Positions 41,453-51,463 of a stretch of 64,000 nucleotides of DNA are shown piece after piece (position 1 is the stretch's first letter; each line of letters starts with the position of its first letter). Both the position numbers and the translations under genes were made by a program. Source of the stretch: Spirochaetota bacterium (lineage in GTDB: Bacteria; Spirochaetota; UBA4802; JAFGDQ01); NCBI GenBank assembly GCA_034190085.1, contig JAXHTS010000055.1:10117-74116 (forward strand), given 5' to 3'. A model generated the notes under the pieces. It searched no databases. It saw only the letters and a list, made by a program, of their open reading frames with translations, and was not told the origin of the DNA.

Positions 41453-42883
41453 ATGAAAAAGTATTTTCTTTTATTAGTATATGGATTGTTTCTCACCTTA
41501 GGCATTCAGGGGATGCTTTTTGCACAGTTTATGGAAGAGGAGAAACGGTTTCACATCTCCGGGTTTATGCAGACAGTCTATATGGACATCAATTTTGATT
41601 CCGATGAAAATATGATGTCTGCCTTAGCGCCACAGCTAAATGATAACGGATATTTTGTACAGAGTGATCTCAATATCTATTTTACATTCTTTGTTGATGA
41701 TGGATGGAAGGCTTTTAGCGAAATAGCATTTCGATACACACCCACTGGGAATATTACAATTGAGCCAGAGACAACCCAGGTAGTAGATGAAACTACTGGC
41801 GAGGTAACCCTGTATTCAACGGGAAACATGATAGGAACCCCCTTCGATTCATCCTATATGACGCCCACATTTTCGCTATCCAAGTATGGTTCAATAGATA
41901 TTGAACGAGCCTATATAGAGTGGAATGAATTGTCTTATGCTAATCTCCGCTTCGGACGTTTCTTTACCCCCTTTGGGATATGGCAGCGTGATCATGGCGC
42001 TCCTATTCTCACGAGTATACGACTCCCAATGCTAGTACAGCCGCCATTGCCAGGATTGGGAATGCCCAAGGCACAGACAGGCGTTGAGCTTGTTGGAACA
42101 ATGGATGCTGGCACATTGATTGAATACATGGCATATGTAGGGAATGGTATATCTAATGCTGATGCGTTATATGATAATAATAAGAATAAAGGGGTAGGAG
42201 CCTTTTTGAATATCAAGTTACCCACAATTGCTGATAAGATCGATCTTGAATTGGGAGGTTCAGGGTATTATGGCAAGACAACACATATATCCCAAAAAAC
42301 CTATTTGTTGGATATAGGCACATCTGATCTCTTGGATTCTACTAATCCCAATAACATTGTTGTTACCATGGACTACGATCCATCACAAGATAAGTATACT
42401 ACCAAACAGTGGGATACAATCGCCCTTGCACACCTGAAATTAAGCATTAGTTCGCTACCCTTTGACGGCACATTCGTCTTACAGGCTGAAGGGCTGCACC
42501 AATGGATGGACAAAGATGACGATCCTAGAATTGTAGATTTAGTTCATGGCTATGCCGTTCAGGAGGATGACGCTAAGTATTATACCTATTATGGTCAGGT
42601 TGAATACCAATTCTATGGCAAAATTGCTCCCTATTTTAGATATGAAATAATGTCTCTAGATAGTGATATAGCACAAAATGTTGTTTTACTGGAAAATTCG
42701 ACCATGTATACAATGGGGATAAGCTTTAAGCCCAAACCAAGAATAGCAATTAAGATCGAAAGTATAATAGTTGATATTGAAACTGATTTCGGCAACATGG
42801 CCAACCTATCGGATCCGACCAAGGATGTAAAAATGAACAATGACATGATATATTATTTGGCTGGAATCTCAGTTGCATTTTAA
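41453..42883 (+). CDS. Outer-membrane beta-barrel protein (OprO/P-like?), array copy 3
   Basis: Signal peptide, paralog, C-terminal ...ISVAF. RBS TTGGAGG upstream. Confidence 0.7.
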   Translation: MKKYFLLLVYGLFLTLGIQGMLFAQFMEEEKRFHISGFMQTVYMDINFDSDENMMSALAPQLNDNGYFVQSDLNIYFTFFVDDGWKAFSEIAFRYTPTGNITIEPETTQVVDETTGEVTLYSTGNMIGTPFDSSYMTPTFSLSKYGSIDIERAYIEWNELSYANLRFGRFFTPFGIWQRDHGAPILTSIRLPMLVQPPLPGLGMPKAQTGVELVGTMDAGTLIEYMAYVGNGISNADALYDNNKNKGVGAFLNIKLPTIADKIDLELGGSGYYGKTTHISQKTYLLDIGTSDLLDSTNPNNIVVTMDYDPSQDKYTTKQWDTIALAHLKLSISSLPFDGTFVLQAEGLHQWMDKDDDPRIVDLVHGYAVQEDDAKYYTYYGQVEYQFYGKIAPYFRYEIMSLDSDIAQNVVLLENSTMYTMGISFKPKPRIAIKIESIIVDIETDFGNMANLSDPTKDVKMNNDMIYYLAGISVAF

Positions 42884-42896
42884 TTAAGGAGGTAAC

Positions 42897-43331
42897 ATGA
42901 AAAATACAAATAGAATTACTCGTCTTCTCTTAATATTAGTTATGATGGCAGGAACCTTCATATTAGGATTGCATGAGGTTCCTGCTCAGGATGATGTTGT
43001 TGTGATAGCGAATAACAGCAAGGGCTCGCTTAGCGCTAGTCAGATAAAACGCATCTTTAATGGTGATGTTACCAACTGGCCTGACGGGGGCGCTGTCAAG
43101 GTTTTGCTGAACAACAACTCTGGCATAACAGAGCAATTCTGCTCAAAATATTTAAACACTACGCCTTCCAAACTGGATTCGTCATGGGTAAAAAAAAGCA
43201 TACGGGACGGTACTCCAACACCTCGCAAGGTTGCCAGCAATGTAATAGTAACCATGGTGAGCAACTCACCCAAGTTTATCGGATTCGTTAAGAGGTCAGA
43301 GGCGGGCTCCTCTGTGAAAATTATTGACTAA
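42897..43331 (+). CDS. Small PstS-like secreted protein (S3)
   Basis: Paralog of S1 and S2. Confidence 0.6.
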   Translation: MKNTNRITRLLLILVMMAGTFILGLHEVPAQDDVVVIANNSKGSLSASQIKRIFNGDVTNWPDGGAVKVLLNNNSGITEQFCSKYLNTTPSKLDSSWVKKSIRDGTPTPRKVASNVIVTMVSNSPKFIGFVKRSEAGSSVKIID

Positions 43332-43420
43332 CGGTAATGAAAACCTAAAGATTTAGGGATTTATGAATCTTCATTTAAATACCCTATGCTCTTAAAACCA
43401 TAACTTGGAGGAAATATTAT

Positions 43421-44848
43421 ATGAAAATCTTATTTGGTCTAATCGTATTGCTGCTTACTTTAAGCACTCAAAGCATGCTTTATGCTCAGTATATAGAAGA
43501 AGAAAACCGATATCACATCACTGGTTTTCTTCAGACAGTTTATATAGATTTTGATTTCGATTCAGATGATAATATGCTATCTTCCATATCGCCATCACAA
43601 AATGATAATGGCAATTTCGTACAGAGTGATCTCAATCTATATTTTACATTTTTCGTTGATAAGGGTTGGAAGGCCTTTAGCGAAATTACCTTTCGTTACT
43701 CACCGACTGGAGAAATTGAAAAGGAACCAGAGACTACCCAGGTAGTAGATGATTCTACTGGCGAGGTGACCCTGTATTCAACGGGCAATATGATAGGAAC
43801 CCCCTTTGATTCATCCTATATGACACCCACCTTTTCTCTCTCCAAGTACGGTTCAATAGACATTGAACGCGCCTACATTGAGTGGAATGAATTATCCTAT
43901 GCCAATCTGCGTTTCGGACGATATTTTACTCCCTTTGGAATATGGCAGCGTGATCATGGCGCCCCCATTCTCACCAGCATAAGACTTCCCATGCTGGTGC
44001 AGGCACCAATTATAGGAATTGGGATGCCAAAGGCGCAGACAGGTGTTGAGCTTGTTGGGTCAATGGATGTAGCAGGCACATTATTTGAATACATGGCCTA
44101 TGTCGGGAACGGTATATCAAATGCTGATGCCTTATACGATGATAATAAGAATAAGGCGGCAGGTGGTTTTTTAAATATTAAGCTCCCCACAATCGCAGAT
44201 AAAATTGATCTTGAATTTGGGGGTTCAGGGTATTATGGCAAAACTACAATAATATCCCAAAAAACTTATCTGTTGGATATCGGTACATCTGATCTCTTGG
44301 ATTCAACTAATCCTAATAACATTGTTGTAACCATGGACTATGACCCATCAAAGGATGAATACACTAAAAAACAATGGGATACAATCGCCCTTGCGCACCT
44401 GAAACTCAGCATAGGTTCACTGCCCTTTGACGGCACCTTCATTTTACAAACTGAAGGGCTGTACCAATGGATGGACAAAGACAACGATAATAGAATTGTT
44501 AATTCAGTTCATGGCTATCCTGTACAGGAAGATGATGCCAAGTATTACACCTATTATGGTCAGGTTGAATACCAATTTTATAACAAAATAGCCCCATATT
44601 TTAGATATGAATATATGGCCATGGATACTGACATATCGCAAACTTCAATAATAATTGAATCATCGAATATATATATTATTGGGATGAACTTTAAGCCCAA
44701 GCCAAGAATAGCAATAAAGGTTGAATGTGATATAGTAGATATGGAATCTGATGTCGGCAACATGGCCAATCTATTAGACCCGACCAAGGATGTTAAAAGG
44801 AACAATGACATGGTCATATATATGGCCGGGATATCAGTTGCATTTTAA
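43421..44848 (+). CDS. Outer-membrane beta-barrel protein (OprO/P-like?), array copy 4 (no small partner)
   Basis: Signal peptide, paralog, C-terminal ...ISVAF. Followed by a palindrome rather than an S gene. Confidence 0.7.
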   Translation: MKILFGLIVLLLTLSTQSMLYAQYIEEENRYHITGFLQTVYIDFDFDSDDNMLSSISPSQNDNGNFVQSDLNLYFTFFVDKGWKAFSEITFRYSPTGEIEKEPETTQVVDDSTGEVTLYSTGNMIGTPFDSSYMTPTFSLSKYGSIDIERAYIEWNELSYANLRFGRYFTPFGIWQRDHGAPILTSIRLPMLVQAPIIGIGMPKAQTGVELVGSMDVAGTLFEYMAYVGNGISNADALYDDNKNKAAGGFLNIKLPTIADKIDLEFGGSGYYGKTTIISQKTYLLDIGTSDLLDSTNPNNIVVTMDYDPSKDEYTKKQWDTIALAHLKLSIGSLPFDGTFILQTEGLYQWMDKDNDNRIVNSVHGYPVQEDDAKYYTYYGQVEYQFYNKIAPYFRYEYMAMDTDISQTSIIIESSNIYIIGMNFKPKPRIAIKVECDIVDMESDVGNMANLLDPTKDVKRNNDMVIYMAGISVAF

Positions 44849-44865
44849 TAAAGACAACCAGATAA

Positions 44866-44899
44866 GCAATAGTGATTAATTCGAATTAATCACTATTGC
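44866..44899. other. Perfect palindrome (about 16-bp arms, TTCGAA centre) downstream of the array; terminator-like
   Basis: GCAATAGTGATTAATTCGAATTAATCACTATTGC. Confidence 0.5.
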
Positions 44900-45663
44900 T
44901 TAGTTCTAATCCTACTGGCAGGAAAATTATTTATTGGATTGCAGGATAACGAGGTTAAGAATTCTTGTTGATTTTAGTTTTATTTTTATTGGCTTAACTG
45001 TATACTTTATCAAAATAGAATTTAACTTAATCAAGTTAACTGAGTTTTCAGCAATATTTAATAATACTGATAAATCACGCTTATGCATCAAGGTGATTAT
45101 AATATTATTGATATTGACAATAGTCAATTATCTATAATAAAATTAAATTTTATTAGAAGAAGTGTTACTGTGGATACTATACTATATTTTTATAATTTCA
45201 TTACCCCCTAAATATACTAAATCAATAATAAATGTTACATTGTGAACATTAAACCTTCCTCAAGCTTTATTGGAGAATTCACAGATACAACAAAGTAATT
45301 CTAAAACATTCGCATTTATTTTATCTATAAATTTTATGATAAAATTTATATAAAAGTCCTATTGAAATGATCAGATAGCATCTCCAGTATCCGTGGTTGT
45401 TTCATGAATATATATTAAATTACTTGTGATTCTTTATTTTAAATAATAATGAATCACATACTATAAATTTGTATAATTATAACATCTCAAAAATTACCAT
45501 AATCCCCACCAGCTACTGGGTTTATGGTAATTTCCCTGCAATTTATTGAGAACTTACTTGTATTTTTTTTTTTACTATAAAAATTACTTGTAACTATTTA
45601 AAATTTAGTGCATTATAAATTATACAAATTAAGCAATATAATCTATTATTTAGGTATAAAAAC

Positions 45664-47394
45664 ATGAGCATCTCGTTAAATATGTTTAAAAAAATGAGAA
45701 TTAAGGCGAAACTCTTTTTTGCTTTTATTCTCATTCTTCTGCCAGCCACTATTATATTGAGTGTTGGCGCATACGTCTCACACATTAACTCGAGACATGC
45801 ACTATTAGTCAAAGAGACAAATTTACCAAATGCCCTATTATTTATTGATATTGAAAAAGATGTAATCATGATTCAAGATTGGCTCACGAATGTAGCCTTA
45901 ACAAGGGGAGCAAAGGGCTATGATCAAGGTTTTGATGAAGCCCAAAAGCATTATAACAGTGCGATCAATAATGTTGACAAATTGATCGAAAAGTTCCAAA
46001 ACACACCTGATGAGTTGAAAGAGATTGAGCAGATGAAGGCGAATCTTAAAAATTATTATGATGTTGGCAATGAAGTGGCCCATGCCTATCTTGAAGGCGG
46101 CTCAGAAGCGGGCAATGCGATGCTGGACGTCTTTGTTGTTGTTCGCGATAAGTTAAATAACATACTGAGCAGGTACCGAGATAATCAAACTCAAGAATTG
46201 ATAAACACAATTGGGAATATCCAAAAGGATCTGGATAACACAAAAATTACTAATATAATATTTGTATTTGCATTCTTTCTCTTTGGCTTTATAATCGTTC
46301 TTTTTATGGCAAACAAGATAGTTCGCCCAATAATTTCGGTTAATACAAAGCTTAATGATATATCAAACATTGATGGCGACTTAACCGCTAAACTCTTAAT
46401 TGAATCAAAGGATGAGTTAGGAGAGATGGCTAAATCCTTCAACACCTTTGTAGATAAGATCAGAAACGTTATCAAAGAGGTAAAGGATTTCTCAAAAAAT
46501 CTGGCCACCTCCTCTACAGGTATTGCGAAAGTTACAGATACCTTTTCAATGAATATCCAAAGCCAGGCAGCCTCCTCGGAAGAAATTCATTCAACAATTG
46601 AACAAATTTCCGCAAGCATGGATTTAATCTCTAACAGGGCTGGAGATCAATTCCAGCAGATGAATTCATTAATAGAACAGATGCAGGGCCTCTCTAAAAT
46701 TATAACTAATATGAGTAGGCGGATTGGAGAGGCGATGTCCTTAGTTGAAGATATTTCATCATCTGCAAAATCAGGGAGTAGTTATCTTGACTATATGAAT
46801 GAAAGCATGAATAAGATTAGCAACAGTTCCTCGAAAATAACAGACATCGTTAACATCATCAATGATATTTCTGATAAAATAAATCTATTGTCGCTAAATG
46901 CTGCCATTGAAGCTGCGAGAGCAGGTGATGCTGGAAGAGGTTTTGCGGTTGTTGCTGATGAAATATCAAAGTTGGCTGATCAAACGGCCGTTAGCATCAA
47001 AGACATAGACCAATTAGTAACAACCAATGATAAAGAGATAACTAAGGGAATGAAAAACGTTACAGATACAGTAAATATAATTAGCAAAATAATTAATGGA
47101 GTCAAATCCATTAATGAGATGATGAATAATATCTCTACAGATATGACAAACCAATTGGAAAGGAATGATTCTGTTAATAATGAAGCTATCAACGTAAAAA
47201 ATAAATCTGAAGAGATCAGATACGCAACTGAAGAACTAAAAATAGCTGTTGACGAAATCTCCAAGTCCATATCAACCATTACTGAATCAACACAGATTAC
47301 TTCTACTGGAGCGGAGAACATCGCGACAAATACTAAACAAGCATCTGAAATGACAGAAAATCTTAATAAATTAGTGGACTTCTTTAAAACATAG
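45664..47394 (+). CDS. Methyl-accepting chemotaxis protein
   Basis: N-terminal TM, a periplasmic/four-helix region, a second TM, a HAMP domain, and the MCP signalling domain ([26 protein letters not shown]). The start is probably the Met at about 45685. Confidence 0.85.
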   Translation: MSISLNMFKKMRIKAKLFFAFILILLPATIILSVGAYVSHINSRHALLVKETNLPNALLFIDIEKDVIMIQDWLTNVALTRGAKGYDQGFDEAQKHYNSAINNVDKLIEKFQNTPDELKEIEQMKANLKNYYDVGNEVAHAYLEGGSEAGNAMLDVFVVVRDKLNNILSRYRDNQTQELINTIGNIQKDLDNTKITNIIFVFAFFLFGFIIVLFMANKIVRPIISVNTKLNDISNIDGDLTAKLLIESKDELGEMAKSFNTFVDKIRNVIKEVKDFSKNLATSSTGIAKVTDTFSMNIQSQAASSEEIHSTIEQISASMDLISNRAGDQFQQMNSLIEQMQGLSKIITNMSRRIGEAMSLVEDISSSAKSGSSYLDYMNESMNKISNSSSKITDIVNIINDISDKINLLSLNAAIEAARAGDAGRGFAVVADEISKLADQTAVSIKDIDQLVTTNDKEITKGMKNVTDTVNIISKIINGVKSINEMMNNISTDMTNQLERNDSVNNEAINVKNKSEEIRYATEELKIAVDEISKSISTITESTQITSTGAENIATNTKQASEMTENLNKLVDFFKT

Positions 47395-47556
47395 CTTTAC
47401 TGATTTAAATCTTCCTCAGATATATTCGGACATCATCCAAATTATAATAAACATGACATGGGTTGTTTATCATCCCCTTTGGATTATATAATTATGCTCA
47501 TAAGGGAATTTCTTCAATGAGCAATTTATTACTAAAAGTTAATCAAATATTTATCT

Positions 47557-48126
47557 CTAGGTAATGACTCTTAGAATCTGAGGCTCCTTTCTCGAGGGTA
47601 TGCTTGGTATCTCTTTAGGATAACCTAATATAATCGGCGCTACTATTTTATGACCCTCAGGCAATCCGATCTCTTCTAAAAGGTCATGGGCTCTGATATC
47701 AGCGCCCAGATTGATCCAGCATGTCCCCAATCCCCTCGCACTAGCAGACAACATGAAATAGCATGCCGCAAGTGTACAATCTACATAGGTTGACCTATGA
47801 TTATTAGCACCCACAATCATGATAAGGCTTGGAGAGTTATAGAAGACATTAAAATTTTTATCCTTAAGTATACCCTCATACTTTTTGGAAGGAGATGTTG
47901 GATCTTTTTCAATAGAGGAAAGGATATTCTTTTTACTATCATCAGAGAGTCTCTTAATTAAATCTTGATTATTGACAATAATAAATTTCCAGGGTTGCCC
48001 ATTGCCTGAGCTTGGAGCCAGACAGCTATCCTTTATAATATCCATTATTAAATTTTGAGGAACAGTTCTTTCCTCAAAATCTCTAATGGATCGTCTAATA
48101 ATTAACAGATCAAAAAAATCAGACAT
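47557..48126 (-). CDS. Nitroreductase family protein
   Basis: Nitroreductase fold pattern (RRSIRDF...P.NLIMDII..A.LAPSSGN.QPW). Confidence 0.7.
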   Translation of the reverse strand: MSDFFDLLIIRRSIRDFEERTVPQNLIMDIIKDSCLAPSSGNGQPWKFIIVNNQDLIKRLSDDSKKNILSSIEKDPTSPSKKYEGILKDKNFNVFYNSPSLIMIVGANNHRSTYVDCTLAACYFMLSASARGLGTCWINLGADIRAHDLLEEIGLPEGHKIVAPIILGYPKEIPSIPSRKEPQILRVIT

Positions 48127-48521
48127 TCATTCCCTCCTTATTTCATAATATATCTTAATAAGAAACTATATCTCAGATTCTTGAGGATAACCTGCAAAAA
48201 TAAGCTTTCACAATGCCATCCGAAGTGGGAGATAGCACCATAGTCACCTTTTATTGGAAAGTAATCCAAAAAATAATAATTCAAAACAAAAAATCATTGA
48301 TTGATAAATGTCTTTGTTTACTTTAGGTCATAAGCTTGAAACTTGGTAAATATTTCGGTTTTATATTTATTGACTTATATTTAATATCATTGCTCAAATA
48401 ATGAACACTATTATACCGAGTCTTAATAATGTAAACCCACTCTTTTTCTCGAAAGCGATAATATTAACTTTCAGGCTTATGCAAATATTTTTAAATTACT
48501 AATAGGAATTTGGAGGATTAT

Positions 48522-49616
48522 ATGTTTGGTTTTTCAATGTCAGAAGAACAAGCAATAATGAGAGATACCATTCAGAGCTTTGTCAAGGACAATATTCTTG
48601 ATAATGCTCATGATATGGATGAAAATGGTGAAATAGATGAAAATTATCTCCAAAAGGCATGGGAGCTTGGCATCTCTATTTCGCCAGTTCCGGAAGAATA
48701 TGGTGGATATGGAATGCAGCACTCTCCAATAATGAATGCTATTGTTCTAGAAGAATTGGCTAGCGGGGAGATGGCTTTTGCCGTAGCGGCTACCCTACCA
48801 TCGTTATTTATTCAACCTCTTCTGGAGATGGGAACAGATGCACAGAAGAAGAAATACCTTCCAGAATGCTGCGGTGAATCATTTAAGCCCTTCACCCTTG
48901 GGATAAATGAGCCCCATTTTGGTTTTGATGTTGTCAATCTTAAGACTACGGCTTCGAAAAAGAATGGTTCCTATATTCTAAATGGAAAAAAATGTTTTGT
49001 CCCCTTTGGAGCCGAATCATCACATATGATGATTGCAGCCAATAATAATGGCAAGAATGATCTATTTATTGTAAGTAAGGATAATCCAGGATTAAAGATT
49101 GGTGAAAGAGAGAAGAATCTTGGGCTATATTGCTTACGGACATATGAGATAGATCTCGATAATTGCGAAGTGCCTGCGGAAGACCTTCTTGGTGGTGATA
49201 ATGGTTGTGATTTCGATAAAGTGATTCAAAAATCGAGAGTCGCCATGTCTGCGATTGGAACTGGCATAAGCAGAGCATCATTTGAATATTCAAGAGACTA
49301 TGCAAAGGAGCGTGTTCAATTTGGAGAGCCGATTGCCCATAGACAGGCAATTGCCTTTATGATAGCTGAGATGGCATATGAAGTTGATGCAATGAGACTA
49401 ATGACATGGCAGGCAGCCTCAAGACTTGAGGCAGGCAAGGATGCGAAGAGGGAATCCTATTTAGCCAAGTTCTATGTAGGAGAAAAAACTATGTTTGTAG
49501 TTGATTCTGGTGTTCAGATATTAGGAGGTCATGGATTCATTAGAGACCATCCGGTTGAGAGATATTACCGAAATGGTCGAGGAATAGCTATAATTGAAGC
49601 ATTAGCAATTGTATAA
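48522..49616 (+). CDS. Acyl-CoA dehydrogenase family protein (partner A)
   Basis: C-terminal ACAD helical domain (YAKERVQFGEPI...QILGGHGF). The RBS GGAGGA precedes the ATG at 48522; the ORF track extends to 48510. Confidence 0.7.
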   Translation: MFGFSMSEEQAIMRDTIQSFVKDNILDNAHDMDENGEIDENYLQKAWELGISISPVPEEYGGYGMQHSPIMNAIVLEELASGEMAFAVAATLPSLFIQPLLEMGTDAQKKKYLPECCGESFKPFTLGINEPHFGFDVVNLKTTASKKNGSYILNGKKCFVPFGAESSHMMIAANNNGKNDLFIVSKDNPGLKIGEREKNLGLYCLRTYEIDLDNCEVPAEDLLGGDNGCDFDKVIQKSRVAMSAIGTGISRASFEYSRDYAKERVQFGEPIAHRQAIAFMIAEMAYEVDAMRLMTWQAASRLEAGKDAKRESYLAKFYVGEKTMFVVDSGVQILGGHGFIRDHPVERYYRNGRGIAIIEALAIV

Positions 49617-49629
49617 AGGAGGCATAAGG

Positions 49630-50835
49630 ATGATAGGACTAGAATTACCAGATAATTTAATTGAAATGAAAAAAAACATGAACAACCTTGCCAAGGATGT
49701 TCTAAGACCCATAGCTCGAAAGTATGATGAGCAGGAGCATGTTTACCCAAAGGAATTAGATGTATTCCGTGGAATGACAGGAGCAATGGGAGGTGGCGCT
49801 AAAAAGGACAAAGGATCAGGAGAAAAGAAAGCTCCGCCACCTGAAGGTGTTATTGGTCAGAATATGAATGTAATGATTGCTGTTGAAGAGATGGGCTGGG
49901 GTGATTGCGGTCTTATGCTTACATTCCCTGGTGCTGGTCTTGGAAATGCTGCAATTGATGCTGTGGCTACTGAAGAGCAGTTGGAGCGTTTTGGGAAAAA
50001 ATGGGCTGCTATGGCTATCACAGAGGCTGGTTCCGGTTCCGATTCAGGCTCAATTACAACAACTGCAAAGCTTGAGGGTGATGAGTGGGTTCTCAATGGC
50101 GAAAAAATATTCGTTACTTGCGCAGATCGCTGTGAGGTAGTTGTTGTTTGGGCAACTGTTGATAGAAGCGCCGGCAAAGCGGGTATAAAATCCTTTGTTG
50201 TTGAAAAGGGAACCCCTGGATTTGAGCTGGATCATCTTGAAGATAAACTCGGAATGCGAGCATCGGATACAGGAACAATGGTCCTTAATGATTGCCGAAT
50301 ACCAAAGAATAATATTCTGGGAAGCGCTGAGGTTGTTCAGAGCAAGAGCACCGCAGGCTTTAAGGGGGTTATGAAAACCTTTGATAACACCAGGCCTATG
50401 GTAGGAATAATGGCAACCGGAGTTGCAAGGGCTGGGGTCGATTTGACCAGAGAAAAGATGAAAGAGAATGGGATCGCTTTAGATTACAATGAAAATGTTA
50501 ATAACATATCCAGCATGCAGAGGGAATTTTATCTTATGGAAGCGAATCTCGAGGCAATGCGCCTTCTTGCATGGAGAGCAGCATGGATGGCTGACAATAA
50601 ATTAGCCAATAGCCTTGAAGCATCCATGTGCAAGGCCAAGGGCGGACGCGATGGGACTAGAATAACTCACAAGTGTTGTGAACTTCTTGGTCCCATGGGT
50701 TTTTCCCAGAAAGAACTTGCTGAAAAATGGATGAGGGATTGTAAAATTTTAGATATATTTGAAGGAACCGGGCAAATCCAACATCTTGTTGTTGCACGAA
50801 ATGTCTTAGGATTATCAAGCAAGGAGTTAAAATAA
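49630..50835 (+). CDS. Acyl-CoA dehydrogenase family protein (partner B)
   Basis: ACAD middle beta-domain and C-terminal domain (ITEAGSGSD, ...IFEGTGQIQHLVVAR). The RBS AAGGAGG precedes the ATG at 49630, which is 13 nt after the stop of partner A. Confidence 0.75.
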   Translation: MIGLELPDNLIEMKKNMNNLAKDVLRPIARKYDEQEHVYPKELDVFRGMTGAMGGGAKKDKGSGEKKAPPPEGVIGQNMNVMIAVEEMGWGDCGLMLTFPGAGLGNAAIDAVATEEQLERFGKKWAAMAITEAGSGSDSGSITTTAKLEGDEWVLNGEKIFVTCADRCEVVVVWATVDRSAGKAGIKSFVVEKGTPGFELDHLEDKLGMRASDTGTMVLNDCRIPKNNILGSAEVVQSKSTAGFKGVMKTFDNTRPMVGIMATGVARAGVDLTREKMKENGIALDYNENVNNISSMQREFYLMEANLEAMRLLAWRAAWMADNKLANSLEASMCKAKGGRDGTRITHKCCELLGPMGFSQKELAEKWMRDCKILDIFEGTGQIQHLVVARNVLGLSSKELK

Positions 50836-50927
50836 TAAACTTGGATTGTTCACAGTATTTATATACATAAATCCGGTTTGATTTATCAAGTAGATTCACT
50901 CAATAATCGAGTAAGAGGTAACATATC

Positions 50928-50972
50928 CAAAGGGGTTATTTGAAAAATTAAAATATCAAATAACCCCTTTTG
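50928..50972 (+). terminator. Rho-independent terminator after the ACAD pair
   Basis: AAAGGGGTTATTTGA-(12 nt loop)-TCAAATAACCCCTTT followed by TTTGT: a 15-bp perfect stem plus U-tract. Confidence 0.7.
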
Positions 50973-51463
50973 TAATAATCTATCCAGTGATTATTACAAA
51001 AGAATAAAGGTTATTTCATTTATATCAAATTTCAATATAATTTTTATGATAAGTACTATATAAATGGTATAGGGGTACTCTATTCCTCCCTCCAGACTCG
51101 GATTATGCTTCTTTATGAGAAATAACTTTTTATATTATATAATTAAAAAAATGTTGTTTTTTTTCTCGTTAATTCTGTTTATAATCAGAACACAAATGAT
51201 TAAATCTATATCATTGCCATAATTCATAATATAAATTTTGTTGTTTATTACAAAATAATACCATAATGCACAGAATAGACCTCTATAAGGTCGCCAACTC
51301 AACTTGGTCATTTTAGCGTACTGAATTTCTAAAAATGATTAAAATCTGTATTCATTGAAATTAACTTCGATATTTAGCGCTAAAATTCTATCCCCGTTAA
51401 AAAGGTGGAATCCAAGGAAGTTCTATTTTTTCAGATAAAAATCAATAGTAAATAATAATAAAC

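Larger units (their letters stand above)
37450..44850 (+). repeat. Four-fold tandem array of roughly 2 kb units (large porin-like gene plus small PstS-like gene)
   Basis: Nucleotide-level similarity between units is obvious in the S genes (about 90% identity) and in conserved blocks of the L genes. Confidence 0.85.

Noticed and set aside
39048-43273. Antisense ORFs of 77-83 aa conserved across the three small PstS-like genes
   Set aside because: Their conservation follows directly from the about 90% nucleotide identity of the sense genes. They have no start or RBS context and are most likely non-coding.
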